A stretch of DNA of 60,816 bases from an uncultured Armatimonadia bacterium (GTDB taxonomy: Bacteria; Armatimonadota; Zipacnadia; UBA1398). Positions within the stretch are counted from its first letter, which is position 1, and every line of letters begins with the position of its first letter. Location of the stretch: contig CAZRDB010000004.1 in assembly GCA_964598695.1 (NCBI GenBank), positions 1 to 60,816 on the forward strand, in the 5' to 3' direction. A program made the position numbers and the translations under genes. The notes beneath the pieces are model-generated. The model was not told the DNA's origin, made no database searches, and was given only the letters and a program-made list of their open reading frames with translations. Of this stretch, positions 1 to 12,100 are shown one piece after another.

Positions 1-917
1 AGGCCGAGGCGCTCGCCGCCCGCACGATCGCCGAGCGTGGCGTCCAGCTCGTCGCGACCGCCCATGGCAACACGCTCGACAACCTGCTGAAGAACCCAAC
101 CCTGTGCGACATGGTCGGCGGGATCGAGGCCGTCACGCTCGGCGACGAGGAAGCCCGCCGCCGCGGCACGCAGAAGACCGTGCTCGAGCGCCGCTCCCCC
201 CCAACCTTCTCGGTGCTGATCGAGATGATCGAGACCGACGAGTTGGCCGTCCACCACGATGTCGCCGAATCGGTCGACTTGCTGCTGCGGGGCTTCCAGC
301 CGCGGCGCGAGATCCGCCGCCGCGGCGCGCACGGGGGCCTCGAGAGCCAGTGGGAGGAGCCGGCCGAGCGCGCGTTTGAGGAGGACGACGACGAGCGGCG
401 GGTTCCGCTCACCTTCCTCCACCAGGGCTTCGAGCGCCCCAAGGAGGAGGACCGCGTCTACCGCGTCTTCCCCTACGGCATCAGCCGGGATCGCCTCCTG
501 CGCGCGATCCGTGAGCTGCGGCTCACTGCCGTCATCACCAAGGACCCGTCGAGCGCCGACCTCGTCATCACCCTCCGTGCCCACCAGCGGCGTTTCGCCA
601 CCCGCGGGCAGCGGCCGCCTGACGCGATCGTCCGCTACCTGCGGAGCAACACCTACGGCCAGGTCTACAACTGCCTCCGCGAGACCTTCCGCAGTGATGT
701 CCAGTCCGGCGAGGAGGAGGCGCTCGAGGAGGCGCGGGCGGCCATCCAGGAGGTCCTCGCCGAGGCCGAGCCGATGGAGCTGACACCCCAGCCGCGCCAC
801 ATCCGGCGGATGCAGCACGAACTGGCCGACGCCTACCAGCTTAGCTCCCGCAGCGTCGGGCGCGACCCGTTCCGCCGCGTCATCGTCCACCGCCCCGACC
901 GCGGCCTCGACGACTGA
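1..917 (+). CDS. R3H domain-containing ATPase (Ycf45/SpoIIIAA-like), C-terminal part; 5' end lies outside the window
   Basis: The frame is open from nt 3 (AEALAARTIAERGVQLVATAHGNTLDNLLKNPTLCDMVGG...) and continues into listed ORF 111..917. The C-terminus PQPRHIRRMQHELADAYQLSSRSVGRDPFRRVIV looks like an R3H ssNA-binding motif. G/C-rich third positions. Confidence 0.7.
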   Translation, partial: AEALAARTIAERGVQLVATAHGNTLDNLLKNPTLCDMVGGIEAVTLGDEEARRRGTQKTVLERRSPPTFSVLIEMIETDELAVHHDVAESVDLLLRGFQPRREIRRRGAHGGLESQWEEPAERAFEEDDDERRVPLTFLHQGFERPKEEDRVYRVFPYGISRDRLLRAIRELRLTAVITKDPSSADLVITLRAHQRRFATRGQRPPDAIVRYLRSNTYGQVYNCLRETFRSDVQSGEEEALEEARAAIQEVLAEAEPMELTPQPRHIRRMQHELADAYQLSSRSVGRDPFRRVIVHRPDRGLDD

Positions 918-932
918 GCCGCCCGGCACGCG

Positions 933-3431
933 CTACTCGCCGGCCGCGAACCGCCACTGTGTGACCGACTGGGGCGGCAGCGTCGCCGAGAGCACCTCGG
1001 CCAGCGCCCGCTCGCGCGCGAGGCGCACGACACCCTCTCGCCCCTCGAGCGGATCGACCGGCGGCCGGCCCGTGCCGGTGAGTTGCTGCTCGATCACCAT
1101 CGGGCCCGGCGCGAAGTCCTCCAGCCGCAGGGCGAGTTCGGCCTCCAGCACCGGATGGTAGTTGGCCACGCTCACGACGAGCGTCCGCCGGTCCTCCGAG
1201 AGGGCCGCGGCCACGTCGAGCGAGGGGATCGGCGCGGTGAACGGGGCGCAGTCGACGGTGCACGGCACGAGCGACATCCCCGCGCGCTCGGTCGCGAGGT
1301 GGGCCGCGTGGAACAGGGGGGTGCGCGCGACGTGCGTCTGGTCGGTCCGGATCGGCGCCATGACATTCACCGTGAGTGTCTGCGTCGCCATGGTGAGCCG
1401 CTCGCCCGCCCGCTCGAAGGCGTGGAACAGCCCGCAGGCGGCGAGCGCGTCGCCGATGTCGCAGGCGTCGTTGTGCGTCGCCCACTCGTCCACGGCGATC
1501 GCGGGCGGCGTGGCCCCCTCGGGCGTGGCGCGCTCCACTGCCTCGATCGAGCGCGCGAAGACGCCCGCGAGGCGCCGCACGGACTGCACCTGTTCGAGGT
1601 ACCGGTTCTCGGGTCCGTCGCCGCCCCAGACTGCGGGGTACGTGTGGATCGAGTGGTACGCGCACTCGTGGGCGAGCAGCGGGACGGTCCGCTGGTTCCA
1701 GTCGGCCCACTGGGCGCGCTCGTCCTCTCGAACGCCGACGCCGACGAACTCGAGCGCGACCGGGGAGCGCGCACGCATGGCGCGGGCGGTCTCAACGGCC
1801 TTGGCCGCGTACAGCTCCGGGGGAAGATGGCCGAGCTGCCAATCGCCCCACATCTCGTTGCCGAGCCCCCAGACCCGTACGCCGTGCGCCTCGGGATGGC
1901 CGTTCGCGGCGCGGAGTCCCCCGAAAGCGGTCTCGGTCGCCCCGTTGCAGTACTCGACCCACTCCGCGGCCTCGCGGGGCGTGCCCTCGCCGAGGTTGGC
2001 ACAGATGTACGGCACCGCGCCGATCTCGCGACACAGGTGGAGGAACTCCTCCGTCCCGAAGTCGTTGGTCTCCCACTGGCCCCAGGCACGCTCCCAGCGC
2101 GTCGGGCGCCGGTCGGGCTCGCCGATGCCGTCCTCCCAGTGGTAACCGGAGGCGAAGTTGCCGCCCGGCCAGCGGAGGATCGGAGGCGCCAGTTCGCGCA
2201 GGAGTTCGAGGGTATCGCGTCGCAGGCCGCCCACATGGTCGGCGGGCATGAGCGAGACCGCGGCCACCCACAGCGTCCCCGGGGCGCTCGCGGTGAGCGA
2301 GAGCCAGCCGTCGGCGGCGCCACGCGCGGCGGTGAGCCGCAGCTCGGTCGTCGTCCACTCCAGGCCGACGGCAACCGGCGCCTCCGCCTGCCGGCCCTGC
2401 CCATCGCCCAGCGCGAGTGTTGCCGGGCCGGCGTTGCCGCGGACGACGGCACGGAGGGAGTAGGCCCGGCCGGCCTCGAGCACGATCCCTCGCTGGCGAA
2501 AGCCCTGCTCGCCCGGCCGCGTGATCCGGATCCGCTGGCTCTGGCCCGGGCCGTAGGTCACGCGCGAGTCAAGGCCCGGCTCAGCCCCGCCAGGCTCCCC
2601 CACCCGCTCCCACTCCTGAGCGACGCCGTCGTTCGCCCGGCCGGCGAACTTCCGGTTGCGGAGCCGCTCGGCCCAGATGCCGCCGTACACGCACTCGTTG
2701 AGGTGCTCGATGAACTGGCCGTAGAGGAAGGGTCGCAGCGGGTGGCGCGGCTGCCCGACATGCACCACCACGCGCGCGCGGGCCGAGGTCGGGCTCGGGC
2801 CGAGCGGCTCGACGGAGATCCGGTCGAGATCGGCCGCCACCGCCGGGCCTGAGCCCCAGGTCTTGCCCAGGAGGCCGACCGAGGCGGGCGGCAGGGGAAA
2901 CTCGGTCGCCCCGCAGCTCCGCCAGGCGCCGTCGCGCCGGACGAAGCACTCGTACCGGCATCCGCGCTTCTCGAGCGCGATCTCGACGGGGCCGGGCTCG
3001 AGCGGGGCGGTCACGACCCGGCCGGCGCCCATGTACTCGAGCGCAAGGAGCGGCTCTCTCTCCTCCGGGCCACGGAGCGGGCCCCAGCCGATGAACGAGC
3101 CCGTGGCGCTGAATGCGGCGAGCGCGAGATGGAAGCAGCTCCCGTCGCCCCACTCGCGCGGCTCGAGCCGGGCCTCGGCCCGCCAGTCGCCCGCCGGCGC
3201 CTCACGCAGGAGCAGGGGCGCCTCGCGCACGCCGGGCCACAGGCAGTAGCCCTTCTCGCGCTGCGGGACGTGCAGGCGCAGCACGCCGGGACGCTCCGTG
3301 AGCGACCAGGTCGGCCCCGCAACCGGCGCTACCCAGTGCCAGGCGGGGTCGAGATCGGCGTCGTCGAACTCCTCGACCCACGCGGGCTGGAGCAGGGCGG
3401 CGGCGAGTGCGAACGGACAGGCGAGCAGCAT
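933..3431 (-). CDS. alpha-L-arabinofuranosidase-like glycoside hydrolase (GH51-type catalytic domain) with N-terminal ConA/LamG-like (DUF1349-type) domain
   Basis: Motifs LRWPGGNFASGYHWEDGIGEPDRRP and GLGNEMWGDWQLGH (GNE acid/base) are typical of GH51. Start moved from 3710 to ATG 3431 (MLLACPFALAAALLQ, hydrophobic N-terminus). The upstream part of the ORF is Arg-rich junk. Confidence 0.8.
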   Translation of the reverse strand: MLLACPFALAAALLQPAWVEEFDDADLDPAWHWVAPVAGPTWSLTERPGVLRLHVPQREKGYCLWPGVREAPLLLREAPAGDWRAEARLEPREWGDGSCFHLALAAFSATGSFIGWGPLRGPEEREPLLALEYMGAGRVVTAPLEPGPVEIALEKRGCRYECFVRRDGAWRSCGATEFPLPPASVGLLGKTWGSGPAVAADLDRISVEPLGPSPTSARARVVVHVGQPRHPLRPFLYGQFIEHLNECVYGGIWAERLRNRKFAGRANDGVAQEWERVGEPGGAEPGLDSRVTYGPGQSQRIRITRPGEQGFRQRGIVLEAGRAYSLRAVVRGNAGPATLALGDGQGRQAEAPVAVGLEWTTTELRLTAARGAADGWLSLTASAPGTLWVAAVSLMPADHVGGLRRDTLELLRELAPPILRWPGGNFASGYHWEDGIGEPDRRPTRWERAWGQWETNDFGTEEFLHLCREIGAVPYICANLGEGTPREAAEWVEYCNGATETAFGGLRAANGHPEAHGVRVWGLGNEMWGDWQLGHLPPELYAAKAVETARAMRARSPVALEFVGVGVREDERAQWADWNQRTVPLLAHECAYHSIHTYPAVWGGDGPENRYLEQVQSVRRLAGVFARSIEAVERATPEGATPPAIAVDEWATHNDACDIGDALAACGLFHAFERAGERLTMATQTLTVNVMAPIRTDQTHVARTPLFHAAHLATERAGMSLVPCTVDCAPFTAPIPSLDVAAALSEDRRTLVVSVANYHPVLEAELALRLEDFAPGPMVIEQQLTGTGRPPVDPLEGREGVVRLARERALAEVLSATLPPQSVTQWRFAAGE

Positions 3432-3478
3432 GGCGGGCTCCCTACGGCACGGGCGGCCCCGCGGCTGCTTCGACGATG

Positions 3479-5029
3479 CTAGAGCACCTCGATCTTCAGT
3501 TGCCCGATCAGCCCTACCACGTCGAGCATGCAGCCGTAGTCGCCCTCGGCGAACTTGAGGTGCGTGGCATCGACCGGCCACGGGTCGGCGCGCGTGGTAT
3601 CGATGGCGATCCACGCGCCGCCCTCGGCGGTCGGCAGGTAGACCTCGTTCCACGCGTGGTAGTAGAAGCCGGGCGCGTTGGCGCGGTTCCAGTAGACGCA
3701 GCCGGCACAAAACTTGGTCGGAATGCCAGCCGCCCGCGCGAGCGCGGCGTAGAGCACGGCATAGTCGCGGCAGACGCCGCGCGGATCCTCGAGCACCTCG
3801 AGGGCCGAGCGCATCCCGCCCACCTGGGTATCGGAGCGCATCCGCTCATGGACCCACCGGCCGATCGCCTCGGCGGCTCGCACGGGATCCGCGCCCTCGG
3901 GGGCGAGTTCGCGGGCCCGGGCGACGATCCGTTCGTCGTCGCTCTCGATGTGCGGCGACGGCCTGCGGAAGGCCTCCTGGCCATCGACGGCCGGCACGCC
4001 CTGGCGCGGGGTCTCCTGCGCGCGAACGGTCACGGTCGCCCCGAGCACGCCCTTCTCTTCCACGATGTCCGACCAGGCCTGGCGTCCGTCACTCACGAGC
4101 TGCGCGCGGCTCGGCACCCGCAGCACGCGGAGCTTGAGCTGCTTCTGCCGCTCGGGCGCCGCGATGGGCGTGTTGACGGCGATTCGGGTCTCGGTCGCGA
4201 GGTCGGGGGCGGTCTCGGGGAGCCTCTGCGCGACCTCCTTCTCCTCGAGGCGCATCTCGAGCTTGCCGGCCTGGCTGGTCATCCGAACCAGCTCGTGCGA
4301 CTTCGCGTCGACCCAGCTCACGAGCTGCGTGCCGGTACCGAGCCGCGAGAGCGTGCGGTAGCACTCCCGCCGGGCGCCGAGAGCCTCGAGGCTCTCCTTG
4401 GCCTGGATCTCATAGGTCGCGGGCACGAGCTGAACGGTGATCGGCTCGAAGGTCAGGTACTCGGCGCGGAAGCCCACCGTTGCGGCCTCCGGCGCGCCGC
4501 TGATCTCGGGGTCGCGCAGGTTGGCCTCCGCGGGGATCGGCAGGGCGCCCGAGCGGACCGAGCCAGCGGCCGAGCGCTCGTAGCGGACCTCTTCCGGCCC
4601 GAAGACGGCGTCGATCACGCCCTGCGGCATCTCGTAGTGCCCTCGAAGGGGGAGGCCGTCGGCCGAGACGATCAGCTTCTGCTCGACCCGCTGATCGACG
4701 CGCGAACCGAGCGTGACCAGGATCAGGCGCATCTCGGAGAGGTAGTACTGCGCCTCCGCGCCCTGCCACTCCACGGTCGCGCGACGGACCCGCTGCCAAC
4801 CGACCTTCTGGCCCTCCATCATGTAGACCCCGTAGTACTGGTCTGACGCGACGCTCTTCTCGACGGGGTCCTTCCAGGCCGGGATCGCGTCCGCGCGGGG
4901 CTGCTTCCCGGGCTCCGCCGCGGGGGGGGGCGCGGCCGGCTCGGTCTCGGCCACGCGCCGCGCACAGCTCGCTCCGTAGAGCAGACCCATCAGTACCACC
5001 GCCAGGGGGATCAGCTTGCGCGCGCGCAT
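3479..5029 (-). CDS. transglutaminase-like cysteine protease superfamily protein, exported (lipoprotein-like signal), paralog 1
   Basis: Signal MRARKLIPLAVVLMGLLYGASC. TGase-core triad motifs GVCRDYAVLYAALARAAGIP, YHAWNEVYL and IAIDTT. RBS GAGGTGG lies upstream of ATG 5029. Confidence 0.8.
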   Translation of the reverse strand: MRARKLIPLAVVLMGLLYGASCARRVAETEPAAPPPAAEPGKQPRADAIPAWKDPVEKSVASDQYYGVYMMEGQKVGWQRVRRATVEWQGAEAQYYLSEMRLILVTLGSRVDQRVEQKLIVSADGLPLRGHYEMPQGVIDAVFGPEEVRYERSAAGSVRSGALPIPAEANLRDPEISGAPEAATVGFRAEYLTFEPITVQLVPATYEIQAKESLEALGARRECYRTLSRLGTGTQLVSWVDAKSHELVRMTSQAGKLEMRLEEKEVAQRLPETAPDLATETRIAVNTPIAAPERQKQLKLRVLRVPSRAQLVSDGRQAWSDIVEEKGVLGATVTVRAQETPRQGVPAVDGQEAFRRPSPHIESDDERIVARARELAPEGADPVRAAEAIGRWVHERMRSDTQVGGMRSALEVLEDPRGVCRDYAVLYAALARAAGIPTKFCAGCVYWNRANAPGFYYHAWNEVYLPTAEGGAWIAIDTTRADPWPVDATHLKFAEGDYGCMLDVVGLIGQLKIEVL

Positions 5030-6636
5030 CGCGCCACCTCATCCATCGCGAGATCGCGCCAACGCGCGGGCCAGGCCGCCGGCCGCTCGGCGGGGGCCTC
5101 CGGCGCGGCCTGCGTGTCGGCCTCGACGAGCTTGAGCTTCAGACTGCGTACGATCCGCGCCGCGGAGGCGACATCGGCGACATCGCCCTCGGCGAACTTG
5201 ATGTGCGTCGCGTCGACCGGGACGAAGCCCTGGGGGCCGGGGAAGGCGGTGTCGATCGCGATCCATCGGCCGACCCACACCTCGTTCCAGGCGTGGAAGC
5301 CGAAGCGGCCGACGCCCTGTGGGCCCATCGCGGGGCCGATGTAGACGGCGCCGGCGACCATCCGGCAGGGGATCCCGGCAGCGCGGGCGAGCCCGCAGTA
5401 CAGCGCGCTGTAGCTCCGGCACTCGCCCCGCGGGTTGGCGAGGACCTCCTTGGCCGAGCGGAGCAGGCTCTCGCTCAGGCTGGGGGTGACGTTCTTCATG
5501 GTCCACTCGCCGATGAGCAGCGCGGCCTTCCAGGAGTCCTTCTCCTCGCCCACGATCTCGCGCGCCTTGGCGACGATCTCGGGGTCGGCCGACTGCACCG
5601 TGTCACTCGGCGCGAGGTACGGCGCGGCGTCCTCAGGGACGGGGCCACCGATCTCGGGGCCGGACGTCGGGGGTTCCTCGGTGGTGAGCGTGAGAAGCGA
5701 CCACATCGCGCCGTCCTCGGCCGTCTCGATCGGGCCGTACTCCTGACGATCGCTCCGCACGAACAGCCGCTCCCGGTCGATCCCGGAGACCTCGATCGTG
5801 AGCTTCCGGCAGGCCCGCGCGTCGGGGATCTCGCCACCGCAGTCGACCAGGCTCCCGAGCAGCAGATCGGGGCCCGGCCCTGTGGCCGGAGGCACTCCAC
5901 CGTCGGCGCCGTCGGTCAACTCGATGACGATCTTCATGCCCTGCATCGAGAGGAGCTGCTTCAGCACCATGCCGTCGGCGTCGGTCCAGGAGGAGCTGGG
6001 GCCCATCAGCTCGTCGTCGGTCTCGACCCGGAAGGCCGACACCGTCTTGTCCCGCACCTCGACCTGCTCCTCACCGAGGCACCGGATGGAGACCTTGCCG
6101 ATGCGCAGCACGTCGGGGCGGAAGCCCCAGGCCTCGACGGGAGTCCCCGCGGGGGCCTCGCCCGGCTTCCACATGATCTCCGGGTCGCGGAGCGAGATCC
6201 CCTCCGGGACCTCGAGGGTCGCGGTGGTCGGCGGGTCCTTGCCCAGCGTCCGCTCGTACGTGATCCGCTCGGGCGAGAAGCGGACGACCAGCTTCTGGTC
6301 TCCGCCGCCGCCCTTGGTGGTGGTCTCGAGGTAGAGCGGGTCGTGCTCGAGCGAGGAGTAGCTGAGCGCCGTCTGGGCCATCGCCGACTGCGCGCCCCCG
6401 AGCGTCAGCCGAATCTCGCTCTTCGATTCGAACGCCTGGACCGTCCGGCCCTCGTACTCGGCGGGGAAGTAGCGGCGGATCTCGGTCCCCATGGGAATCG
6501 GCTTGCCGTCGGCCAGCACGATGGTGATCGAGTAGGTTCCCTCCCACGTGAGCGGCTCCGCGGCGGCCCAACCGCGGGAAGCGGCGAGGCCGAGGGCCAG
6601 GAGCCAGAAGGCGAGCGATCTGTGCGGGGATCTCAC
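5011..6636 (-). CDS. transglutaminase-like cysteine protease superfamily protein, exported, paralog 2
   Basis: GTG start at 6636 with an AGGTG RBS. Signal MRSPHRSLAFWLLALGLAASRGWAAA. Motifs GECRSYSALYCGLARAAGIP, FHAWNEVWV and IAIDTA. The 3' end overlaps the start of paralog 1 by 19 nt. Confidence 0.8.
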   Translation of the reverse strand: MRSPHRSLAFWLLALGLAASRGWAAAEPLTWEGTYSITIVLADGKPIPMGTEIRRYFPAEYEGRTVQAFESKSEIRLTLGGAQSAMAQTALSYSSLEHDPLYLETTTKGGGGDQKLVVRFSPERITYERTLGKDPPTTATLEVPEGISLRDPEIMWKPGEAPAGTPVEAWGFRPDVLRIGKVSIRCLGEEQVEVRDKTVSAFRVETDDELMGPSSSWTDADGMVLKQLLSMQGMKIVIELTDGADGGVPPATGPGPDLLLGSLVDCGGEIPDARACRKLTIEVSGIDRERLFVRSDRQEYGPIETAEDGAMWSLLTLTTEEPPTSGPEIGGPVPEDAAPYLAPSDTVQSADPEIVAKAREIVGEEKDSWKAALLIGEWTMKNVTPSLSESLLRSAKEVLANPRGECRSYSALYCGLARAAGIPCRMVAGAVYIGPAMGPQGVGRFGFHAWNEVWVGRWIAIDTAFPGPQGFVPVDATHIKFAEGDVADVASAARIVRSLKLKLVEADTQAAPEAPAERPAAWPARWRDLAMDEVARCARAS

Positions 6637-6682
6637 GGACGCACCTCTCTCTGACGCGGCCTCGAGGCCGACGTCGCAATGG

Positions 6683-7573
6683 CTACTCGAGGAACCCCTG
6701 CCGCCTCAGGTACCGCAGCACGAGGTCGGAGAAGTCCATCTCGGTCACCGCGGTAACGTAGTTCACGCGGTGGGCGAAGCACCAGTCCTTCAGACGCGTG
6801 CAGTAGGCGTTCATCTCCGCGCGGTAGCGGCGGAGCGAGCCGGGGCTGATCGTGACCTCGCGCTCCTCGCCGGTCTCGATATCGCGCAGCAGCAGGTCGC
6901 CCTCGATGCCGGGATCGATCTCGGCCCGGTCGAGCACCTGGATGCAACCGACCTCGAAGCCGCGGCCCACGAGTTCGGACAGCCCCTCCTCGTATCCCTC
7001 GGGGTAGAGGAAGTCCGAGAGGATGACGACCACGCCGGTCCGTCGGTTGGCGAGGCTGAACTCGCGGAGCGACCGGCCGACGGCCGAGCGGGGCCCGTTC
7101 GGCTCGAGGTTGGCGAGGAAGTCGAAGAGCGGCAGGATGCTGGACGTGCCCCGCTTGGGGCCGAGCCGCGGGCCGAGCCGGTCGGAGAAGACCGAGACCT
7201 GCACGCGGTTGAGGCTCGAGAGGGCGATGTAGGCGAGCGCGGCGGCAAGCCGCCGGCTCGTCTCGAACTTGCTCGGCCGGCCGAAGTCCATCGAGCGCGA
7301 GACGTCGAGCAGCACGTAGAAGAAGAGGTCCTCCTCTTCCTCGTACTGCTTGAGGTAGAGACGGTCGAGGCGTCCGTAGAGGGTCCAGTCGATGTAGCGG
7401 AAATCGTCGCCCGGGACGTACTCGCGGTAGTCGGCGAACTCGATCGAGGTACCGCGCTTCGTGGAGCGCTTCTCGCCCTTCAGAATGCCCCGGAAGGGCC
7501 GCCGCGCCGAAATGGTGAGGCGCTGGAGGTTGGCGAGGAACTCTCGATCGAAGATGTCCGTCCGCTGGGCCAT
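6683..7573 (-). CDS. DUF58 domain-containing protein (vWA-like partner of MoxR)
   Basis: SIEFADYREYVPGDDFRYIDW is the hallmark DUF58 motif. AAGGGAG RBS before ATG 7573. The gene lies 31 nt downstream of the MoxR gene. Confidence 0.85.
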   Translation of the reverse strand: MAQRTDIFDREFLANLQRLTISARRPFRGILKGEKRSTKRGTSIEFADYREYVPGDDFRYIDWTLYGRLDRLYLKQYEEEEDLFFYVLLDVSRSMDFGRPSKFETSRRLAAALAYIALSSLNRVQVSVFSDRLGPRLGPKRGTSSILPLFDFLANLEPNGPRSAVGRSLREFSLANRRTGVVVILSDFLYPEGYEEGLSELVGRGFEVGCIQVLDRAEIDPGIEGDLLLRDIETGEEREVTISPGSLRRYRAEMNAYCTRLKDWCFAHRVNYVTAVTEMDFSDLVLRYLRRQGFLE

Positions 7574-7604
7574 CGGCCCGTGCTCCCTTGCTCGGCGCCC
7601 GCGC

Positions 7605-8636
<1,032 letters not shown>

Positions 8637-8685
8637 CGTACCCTCCCGTCGGCCCCCGCGCGCGGCGGGCGGCCCATGCCCCCGC

Positions 8686-9054
8686 CTAGTGGACGTCGTG
8701 CTGCTGGCTGCCGGCCGGTGCCTCGGGGTGCGCCGGCGGCGCAGTGGTGCTCGGAGCCCCGCCGCCGGCCGGACCGTGGTCGTGGCCGGCATGGGGGTCA
8801 GGGCGCCCAACCGGCGCATCGGGACCACCACTCGGCGCGCCTGGCGGCGCCCCCGGCCCGCCGGGCCCCCCGCCTTGGCTCTGATCGTGCGTGTGCTCAT
8901 GGCCGACCTTGGGCGGGTTCAGGATGCTCTCCTTGAGCGCGATGGCCAGCACGCCGAAGACGACCGCCACCGCGACCAGGAGCCCGATGAGCCATCCCCA
9001 CTGCGCCTTCCGGTTCACGCGAACCGGAGCACCGTCACGATCATCGTCCACCAT
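8686..9054 (-). CDS. small single-pass membrane protein with His/Pro/Gly-rich C-terminal tail (unknown function)
   Basis: GGAGGTG RBS 8 nt before the ATG. One TM (WGWLIGLLVAVAVVFGVLAIAL) followed by HEHTHD, HAGHDHG and QQHDVH motifs in a Pro/Gly-rich tail. Codon third positions are G/C-biased in this frame. Confidence 0.55.
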   Translation of the reverse strand: MVDDDRDGAPVRVNRKAQWGWLIGLLVAVAVVFGVLAIALKESILNPPKVGHEHTHDQSQGGGPGGPGAPPGAPSGGPDAPVGRPDPHAGHDHGPAGGGAPSTTAPPAHPEAPAGSQQHDVH

Positions 9055-9103
9055 CGCCGTACACCTCCATCATCGGCCGTGCCGAGCGGCAACCGTGGGC
9101 CGG

Positions 9104-12100
9104 CTACCGGCCCACGCTCCCCGAGCCCGCGAGCAGCTCGCGGAGCGCCTTGATCTCCTCGATCTCCTGCCTGCGCCGGTCCTCGGAGCGCGAGAGGAAC
9201 TGGTCGAGCCGCTGCAGGGTCTGGTCCTCGGCCGTCGCTCCTCCCGCGGTCTCCGGCGACGCGGCGCCGGTCGCGCTCTCGGTTGGCGGCGTCACGGGGC
9301 GCGCCGGCTGCGCCGGTGTCGGCTTCGCGCCGCTCTTGGCGTCGGCCGGCTCACTGGCCTTCGTGAGCGCAAGACGCACAGCCTCGTCGAAGGTGTCGGC
9401 CATCGCGACCTTGCTCGAGGCCATCCCCTCGCTGCCGACCCGTCCGCCGAAGACGACGACGATCTTCTTGAGGCTGGGCAGGGGCTCCTGGGAGCCCTGA
9501 ATGTAGATCGGCTCGACCCACAGGATGGTCCGCTCGATCGGGACGGCGATCAGGTTGCCGCGAATGACCTGCGAGCCCTGGTTGTTCCACAGGGTCAGGT
9601 CCTGCGAGATGACCGGGTCCTGGTCGATGCGGTTCTCGACCTGCATCGGGCCGTAGATCGAGGAGTCCTTCTGGAAGGTGTAGAGCATCGCGCGGCCTCG
9701 GCCGGCCTTCTCGTCCCACCAGGCGCCCATCCAGGCCGCCATGTTCGGACGGCTGACGCGGGCGATCGGCATGATCATCATGAACTGCAGCTCCCCGGAG
9801 TCGGGGTCGGGGAGGAGCACGAAGTACGGCTCCGAGGGGACCGACTGCCAGCCGCCCGGCGAGAACGAGTCGCCTCCGCCCGCGGGTGCGCCCGGACCGC
9901 CCGCGTTGCCGCCGGCGCGCGGCTCCCGGGTCCCGAAGACCTCGCGGGCCCGAGCCCACTGGTCCTCCTTGGTGTAGAACTCCGAGGGATCGGTCATGTG
10001 GTAGACCTCGAGCCCCCGGGCCTGCCACAGGAACATGCTGCGCGGGAAGCGCAGGTGCCGGCGGACGTCCTCGGGGATCTCCGAGGCGGGGCGGAACAGG
10101 CCGGGGAACAGCTTCGCGTAGCAGGCCGTGATCGGATCCTGCTCATCGACCCGGTAGAAGGTCACCGTGCCGTCGTAGGCGTCGACGACGACCTTGACCG
10201 AGTTGCGCGCGTAGTTGACCGGCACCGACTGCCGCCAGCCGTAGTACTCGAAGGCGGCCGGCGCGCTGTAGGGGTACCGGTTGGTGTAGCTGTAGGCATC
10301 GAGGACCCACTTCAGGCCGCCCTGATCGTCGATCATGATGTACGGGTCGCTGTCGAACGCGAGGTAGGGGCAGATCCGTTGGGCCCGCTCGATGATGTGC
10401 CGGTGCATCAGCACGCGGCTATCGGGCGAGAGGGGGGTGAAGAACAGCTTGGGGTCACGGAAGCGGATCGCGAAGAGCAGCTTCCGCCATGCCGAGCCGA
10501 TCCGCACGCCATCCTTGCCCGCATAGGTCGTCTTGCGGTTGCCGTCGCTCATCGGGTAGTCCAGCTCGGCGCCCTCGCCGCCTGTCGTGCCGCCGACCAG
10601 GACGTACTCGGAGGGCGCGAGCGGCGGGATGGGCGCCTGCTGCTGCTTCCCGCTGGGCCGGGCCATGGCGCCGACGGTCGGCGGAACGGCGGCGCCCATC
10701 GAGCCGGCGTTGGGCCCCGGCATCCGCGAGCGCTGGTCCTCGTGAGCGGTCTCGGGGACGCCGAACTCGCCGAAGTAGATCCCCGGTTGGTCGAGCTTCA
10801 TCTCCTCGCCGATCGCGGTCGCGTCCTTCTTCGGCGGGATCCCCGACCAGAAGTAGTGCGGCCAGCCCTCGGGGGTCTTCTCGTTGACGGGGCTCATCGC
10901 GATGCCGTAGCCGTGGGTGTAGGTCAGCCGCTGGTTGACCCACGTCTTGGCCTCGGGCGGCAGGCCGTGGAAGTACAGCTCGCGCGGGGCGATCATGACC
11001 TGGCGCAGCCGGCCGGCGATCTCGTACCGGTCGACATCCACGTCGGTGAACGTGTAGTAGGGCGTGATCTGCTCCTGCTGCGCGTACGTGGAGAGCAGCG
11101 GACGGTGGTCCCAGAGGCGGACCGAATCGAGCGTGTCCTTGTGGCGGTCGAGGTCGGCGAGGGTCAGCCGGTCGTCGATCTCGTAAGGCCGCACCTGGAT
11201 GTCGTCGAGGAGGAAGGCCTGGCGCGTGGCCGTGATCGCGCGCTGGATGTACGGGGCCTCCTTGTTCTGCTGGTCGGGGGTTACGATCACGCCCTGCACG
11301 AACAGGTTCACGCCGCGGGAGAGCAGTCCGACCGCGATCAGCGCGCCGAGCACGTAGCCCACGCGGCGCATGTCGACATCACGCTTGGCGAGCACGTAGA
11401 TGACCACGGCCGCCGCGACACAGAGCACCATCAGGGTCCGCACGAGGGGCAGGCGGATGGCGAGATCGGTATAGCCGGCGCCGAAGAACAGCGGCCCGCT
11501 GGTCAGCACCAGGGCGTACTGCTCCAGGTAGTAGCCGAGCGCCTTGAGGATCAGGACGACGCCGACGGCGATCGCGAGGTGCTCGCAGGCGCCCGGGACG
11601 ATCCGGAGCGTGCGGGCCGAGAGGAAGACGCGGTTCTCGTAGAAGTGCATCAGGCCCGTGAGCACCGTGACGAGGAAGGCGAGCGAGCCGAGCCAGTGGA
11701 GGATCCAGCCGTAGAAGGGCAGGCGGAAGACGTAGAAGGAGATGTCCCGCCCGTACTGCGGGTCGGCGATCCCGAACGACTGGCTCCCGCTCCACTCGAG
11801 CAGCAGGCGGGCCCGGCCGAGCGAGGAGAGCAGGAAGATGGCGCCGACGACGATCGAGGCGATCAGGATGCCCTTGTCGACGTGCTCCTCGACCATCGAC
11901 TTGTCGATGAAGTCGTCGGAACTCTGGCCGATGTAGACCTCGGTCGGCGGGTTCTTGGGCTTGCGCCGCGCCAGGCGGAGGTTCCAGAAGGCGGCTCCGA
12001 ACGAGACCGCGCCGATCACCGCGGACAGGAGGATCTGGGAGCCGAGGATCTTGGTGTAGACCCCGGTGTAGCCGACCTGGCTGAACCACAGCACCTCCGT

